Part shown: piece after piece, positions 60,194 to 64,000 of the stretch | How the letters are laid out: every line of letters begins with the position of its first letter | How positions within the stretch are numbered: the first letter of the stretch is position 1 | Assembly: GCA_963767735.1 (NCBI GenBank) | Contig: CAVYES010000007.1 | Location: 64,001 to 128,000 of the forward strand | Reading direction: 5' to 3' | DNA from: Candidatus Bathyarchaeota archaeon | GTDB lineage: Archaea > Thermoproteota > Bathyarchaeia > Bathyarchaeales > Bathycorpusculaceae | Length of the DNA: 64,000 nt | Notes under the pieces: generated by a model | Database searches by the model: none | What the model was told of the DNA's origin: nothing | The model's input: the letters and a program-made list of their open reading frames with translations, nothing else | Program-made: the position numbers and the translations under genes

Positions 60194-60676
60194 CTTTAAT
60201 TCCTCCCAGCACGTTTTTTATTTTTTCTATCACTATTTCTTTTGTGGCTTTACCTATAACTTCATCATCAACCACAATGTTTGGTGCCATAGCGCATGCG
60301 CCGATGCAGCGTGTAATAAGCAGGGAAAGTTTTCCATCAGCAGTTGATCCTCCACGTTTAAGATTAAATTCGTATTCAATTGCCTCCATGATTTTTTCAA
60401 CACCTTTCACGTAGCAGGCAGTTCCTAAGCAACCAGTCACAATGTGTTGGCCTGGTTTTCTAAGTTTGAAGAAGCTGTAGAAGGTGGTTACACCGTAAAC
60501 GTGGCTCGGAGGGATGTTAAGTGACCCAGCAATATCCATAAGCAAATCTTTATCTAAATAACCGTAAATTTCTTGGGCACGATGAAGTATTTCTAGAAGA
60601 GCACTTTCTTGATAATTATGTTCTTTCAGAACTTTTTCCAACAACAAACGTCTATTATCTATCTCAGACCAAGCAT
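60180..60676 (-). CDS. hoxE: Hox diaphorase 2Fe-2S subunit (NuoE-like), start frameshifted near 60667
   Basis: VYGVTTFYSFF, CLGTACYVKG, RCIGACAMAP. Confidence 0.9.
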
Positions 60677-61030
60677 TTGATCCTCCTTTGTTTTGTTAGC
60701 GGAACCAATTTTTGCCTCAGGGCATTACGGAAAAGTCTAATATAAAAGGTTTAAGGAAGGACTTTGAGAAATTTTACCGAAAAAAATGGGAAATCACAGA
60801 AAGTGGTGGAATCTAATATCTGTTAATGCCGTTGAAAGAGTAATTTGAAACATAAAAATATGGAAAAATTTTCATAAATTTCATAATAAGCATCTATTTA
60901 TTGTAAACAATCTATACTGTATATACAGGTATAGCGCAATCTTTTGAGAAAACAACAAATGAGAAAAATTATGCGAGAGTTACAGGTAAGAGGAAGCAAC
61001 CTCTGGTTGCATGAGGATGCCTCTGTCTCC

Positions 61031-63805
61031 TTATGTGCCGCGAATAATCCGCTGTTCTTCCGCTACAACTTTCTGCGAAATATTTGATCGGAGATGACAT
61101 CGACCATCCACTTCCATATTTTTGAGGTCTAAAACGCCCTTTACTGTGCCATCGCTTAAGTATTCGAAGTTGAAACCCATTTTCCTTGTAAGACTTAAAG
61201 CTCGATAATTATCACGTAACATTATCGCATAGACGTTTTCAATGCCTTTCTCCTTAGCTATGTCAAGCACGTAATCAACCATTTTGGTGCCCAAACCTAA
61301 ACCCTGCCAGTAGTCAGTCACGATAAAAGCCATTTCACCGCTTTTCCCATCTGGCTCTATGCTGAGGCGTGTCACTCCCAGTATTTTTCGGCGTCCATTT
61401 TCGGCTAATTCAGCTACAATGGCTATTTCTCGGTCGTAATCAATGTTGCAGTAGCGGACTCGAACTTCATGTGGTGTATCTTTAAGTATCTGGAAGAACC
61501 GATATCGAATTGCTTCTTCAGAGAAGCTTTGGAACATCTCAAGCCACATAGGCTCATCCTCGGGTTTTATAGGTCGCAATAGCACTTCTTGACCGTTTTT
61601 AAGAGGCCAAGGCATCTCGTATTTTTTGGGGTAAGGACTGATAACCATATGGGCGTGAGGCTCAAATTTCTTGCAAACATTGTTTCTGTCAACTGCTATT
61701 GTTGCATCAAGGATACTGGCTTCTTTTTCAGTTACCAATAGCGGATTAATGTCAATTTCTTTTATCTGTGGAAAATCAATGAGCAACTGAGAAAAGAGCA
61801 ACACAGTTTCTTCAAGCCGTTTAAGATCAACTGGCGGCCTATTACGATACCCTTTCAGAAGCTGGTAAACCTTTGTTTCCTCCATCATGCGACGCAAAAG
61901 CGTGGTATTTAACGGTGGAAGCCCGATGGAGTAGTCCTTGTAGAGTTCCACACCTACGCCGCCCATTCCGAACAATATCACTGGTCCAAAGACAGGATCG
62001 GTTTTTCCGCCTATTATTAATTCGTAGCCATTTTTCTCAATCATAGGCTGAACTATAACACCGTTTATTTGGGCATTCGACTTGTAGTTTTTTGCCCTTT
62101 GAATTAATAATTCAAAATTTTCACGCACCGCGCTTGGCGAATTTACGTTTAAGATAACTCCGCCCGCCTCGCTTTTATGGACAATTTGGGGTGAAAGAAT
62201 TTTTAAAGCCACAGGGAAACCAATTTCTTGCGCCAACGTAACCGCTTCGTCAACATTTTGGGCGACAACAGTTTTTAAGACTGGAAAGTTGTAGTATTTG
62301 AGTACTTTTTGAGCTTCACTTTCCGTTAATTCTTCACGGTTTTCAAGCGAAGCATTTCTTAGTATAGCCATGATAGGGCGTTTGGGCGGTGAAGCATCGA
62401 CTGGTAACTCTTCAGGAGTTTCATAAAGAAGCTCAAGATTACGCTGATAATCGTACATGTACATGTATGTTTTGACTGCTTGTTCAGGCGTGGAGTAGGT
62501 TGGAATGTTGTTGGCGTTAAAAATATTGTTCGCCTCGTGCACTGCATCAAAACCCATGAAAGAGGTAAGTACTGTTTTGTTTTGGTTGTCTTTGCCGCGA
62601 ACAAGTTCAGCTATGCCCTTTGCAATCTCTACCGGTTCTGAACCTGCTTGCTTGGTGAAAATAACCAGTACTCCATCAACAGTATTATCGTTTAGGCAAG
62701 CTTCCACCGCAGTTTTATAACGGTCAACTCTAGCATCTCCAAGAACATCAATCGGATTGCATTTGCTCCAGAAGGGAGGCAAAACACGGTTAAGCATATC
62801 CATTGTTTTCTTGCTCAGCTCAGCTAATCTGCCGCCCCGAGCAATCAAAGCGTCAGTAGCCATTACTCCAGGACCGCCAGCGTTAGTTATCACAGCAAGT
62901 CTTGGCCCTTTCGGCAGTGGCTGGGTTCCTAAAACCTCTGCGGCATTGAACAAATCAGCTACCTCTTCAACCCGAACTATGCCAGCCCGTTTGAAAGCAG
63001 CATCATACACGCTGTCTTCTCCTGAAAGCGAACCAGTATGGGAAGCAACGGCTTTTGCGCTTTCAGTAAATTTGCCTGATTTTACGACGATTATGGGTTT
63101 GGTTCTTGCAAAGTGCCTGGCGGCGCTCATGAACTTTCGGGCTTCGGTTATTCCTTCTATGTACATGAGTATGCTCTTAGTTTTTGGGTCTGAACCAAAA
63201 TAGTCAATTAAATCGCCAAAGTCAACATCAATCATTGACCCAACTGAAACAAAGTTACTGAAGCCAATGTTTTCGTGAATTGCTAAATCAAGGATTGCTG
63301 AGCCTAAAGCGCCGCTTTGTGATAGAAAGGCAATATTGCCTTGTTTAGGCATCTTGTCTAAGAAGGTTGCATTTAGATTTATTTTTGGGTGGATTATGCC
63401 AATGCAGTTTGGACCAACTACACGAATATCATATTTCTTGGCTACTTCAAGAATTTTATCTTCTAAAGCCTTACCTTCAGGACCTGTCTCTTTGAAGCCT
63501 CCAGAAACAATAATTACGCCTTTCACTTTTGCCCTTCCGCATTCGTCCATAACGTCCGGAACGGTTTTGGCAGGCGTAGCAATTATGGCTAAATCAACGG
63601 GTTCAGGAATCTGATCAACTGTTTTATATGTTTTAAATCCTAAAATCTCGGGCTTTCGAATATTCACTAAGTAAACTTTGCCAGCATAGCCCAGTTGAGT
63701 AAAATTTTTCACTAAAGCATACCCAACCGAACCTTCAACGTCACTAGCTCCAATAATGGCTACATTTTGAGGGTTGAAAATCTTGTCAAGATTTAATGTA
63801 ACCAT
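61031..63805 (-). CDS. NDP-forming acyl-CoA ligase (alpha-beta) fused to GNAT; Pat/YfiQ-like
   Basis: GPNCIG, SQSGALG, SHTGSL, NAGGPG, HKSEAGGV, DINPL, C-terminal WQGLGLG GNAT motif. Confidence 0.93.
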   Translation of the reverse strand: MVTLNLDKIFNPQNVAIIGASDVEGSVGYALVKNFTQLGYAGKVYLVNIRKPEILGFKTYKTVDQIPEPVDLAIIATPAKTVPDVMDECGRAKVKGVIIVSGGFKETGPEGKALEDKILEVAKKYDIRVVGPNCIGIIHPKINLNATFLDKMPKQGNIAFLSQSGALGSAILDLAIHENIGFSNFVSVGSMIDVDFGDLIDYFGSDPKTKSILMYIEGITEARKFMSAARHFARTKPIIVVKSGKFTESAKAVASHTGSLSGEDSVYDAAFKRAGIVRVEEVADLFNAAEVLGTQPLPKGPRLAVITNAGGPGVMATDALIARGGRLAELSKKTMDMLNRVLPPFWSKCNPIDVLGDARVDRYKTAVEACLNDNTVDGVLVIFTKQAGSEPVEIAKGIAELVRGKDNQNKTVLTSFMGFDAVHEANNIFNANNIPTYSTPEQAVKTYMYMYDYQRNLELLYETPEELPVDASPPKRPIMAILRNASLENREELTESEAQKVLKYYNFPVLKTVVAQNVDEAVTLAQEIGFPVALKILSPQIVHKSEAGGVILNVNSPSAVRENFELLIQRAKNYKSNAQINGVIVQPMIEKNGYELIIGGKTDPVFGPVILFGMGGVGVELYKDYSIGLPPLNTTLLRRMMEETKVYQLLKGYRNRPPVDLKRLEETVLLFSQLLIDFPQIKEIDINPLLVTEKEASILDATIAVDRNNVCKKFEPHAHMVISPYPKKYEMPWPLKNGQEVLLRPIKPEDEPMWLEMFQSFSEEAIRYRFFQILKDTPHEVRVRYCNIDYDREIAIVAELAENGRRKILGVTRLSIEPDGKSGEMAFIVTDYWQGLGLGTKMVDYVLDIAKEKGIENVYAIMLRDNYRALSLTRKMGFNFEYLSDGTVKGVLDLKNMEVDGRCHLRSNISQKVVAEEQRIIRGT

Positions 63806-64000
63806 TTCTAAATTTAACCTCCCGATTACTGGGTCGCGCAGGCGTAATTAAGTTTGTTGTGTCACCATTTTTCTTTAACGAAACCGAGCATTTCTACTTA
63901 CTGGAAATACTTTGATTTTATCAATTGAAGGAGTAGCAACGACTTCTGTAACATTTGCTCGGCTTTCTCGACGCTTCAAGGAGGCAGGGCTGCGCACGAT

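Noticed and set aside
63876-64000. Possible 3' end of a minus-strand CDS entering from the right edge
   Set aside because: About 40 open codons with no recognisable motif; cannot be supported

Overview
Archaeal chromosomal segment. It carries archaeal RadA, aEF-1alpha, a PurP pair, AOR, Mvh/Hdr, RqcH/NEMF and an aEF-2 paralog; this gene set is most consistent with Bathyarchaeia (inference). Layout: (i) 1-8.9 kb: mostly core genes plus an ~0.9 kb VapBC islet between tRNA-Pro(CGG) and a duplicate of it. (ii) ~9-25.5 kb: accessory mosaic with three radical SAM enzymes (one Grs/Gms-like), an ABC exporter, nitroreductase, an HxlR gene flanked by an inverted operator duplication, and many gene remnants. 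It ends in an ~900 bp structured non-coding block with a tRNA 3' remnant, phased 10-bp repeats and two hairpin repeats showing compensatory changes. (iii) 26-51 kb: core metabolism, repair and translation genes, tRNA-Ile2(CAU), and a secreted protein plus membrane-tethered wHTH pair preceded by seven exactly 10-bp-phased CGACCC boxes. (iv) 51-64 kb: a tnpA-only IS200, hdrC-hdrB-mvhG-mvhA without hdrA/mvhD, a hoxEFUYH group 3d hydrogenase operon and an ACD-GNAT (Pat-like) fusion. Single-base indels cluster at 5.7-8.5 kb (including essential EF-1alpha) and 56.6-60.7 kb, and are most likely assembly errors. No CRISPR array or rRNA was seen. All family calls come from motif recognition by eye, not database searches.
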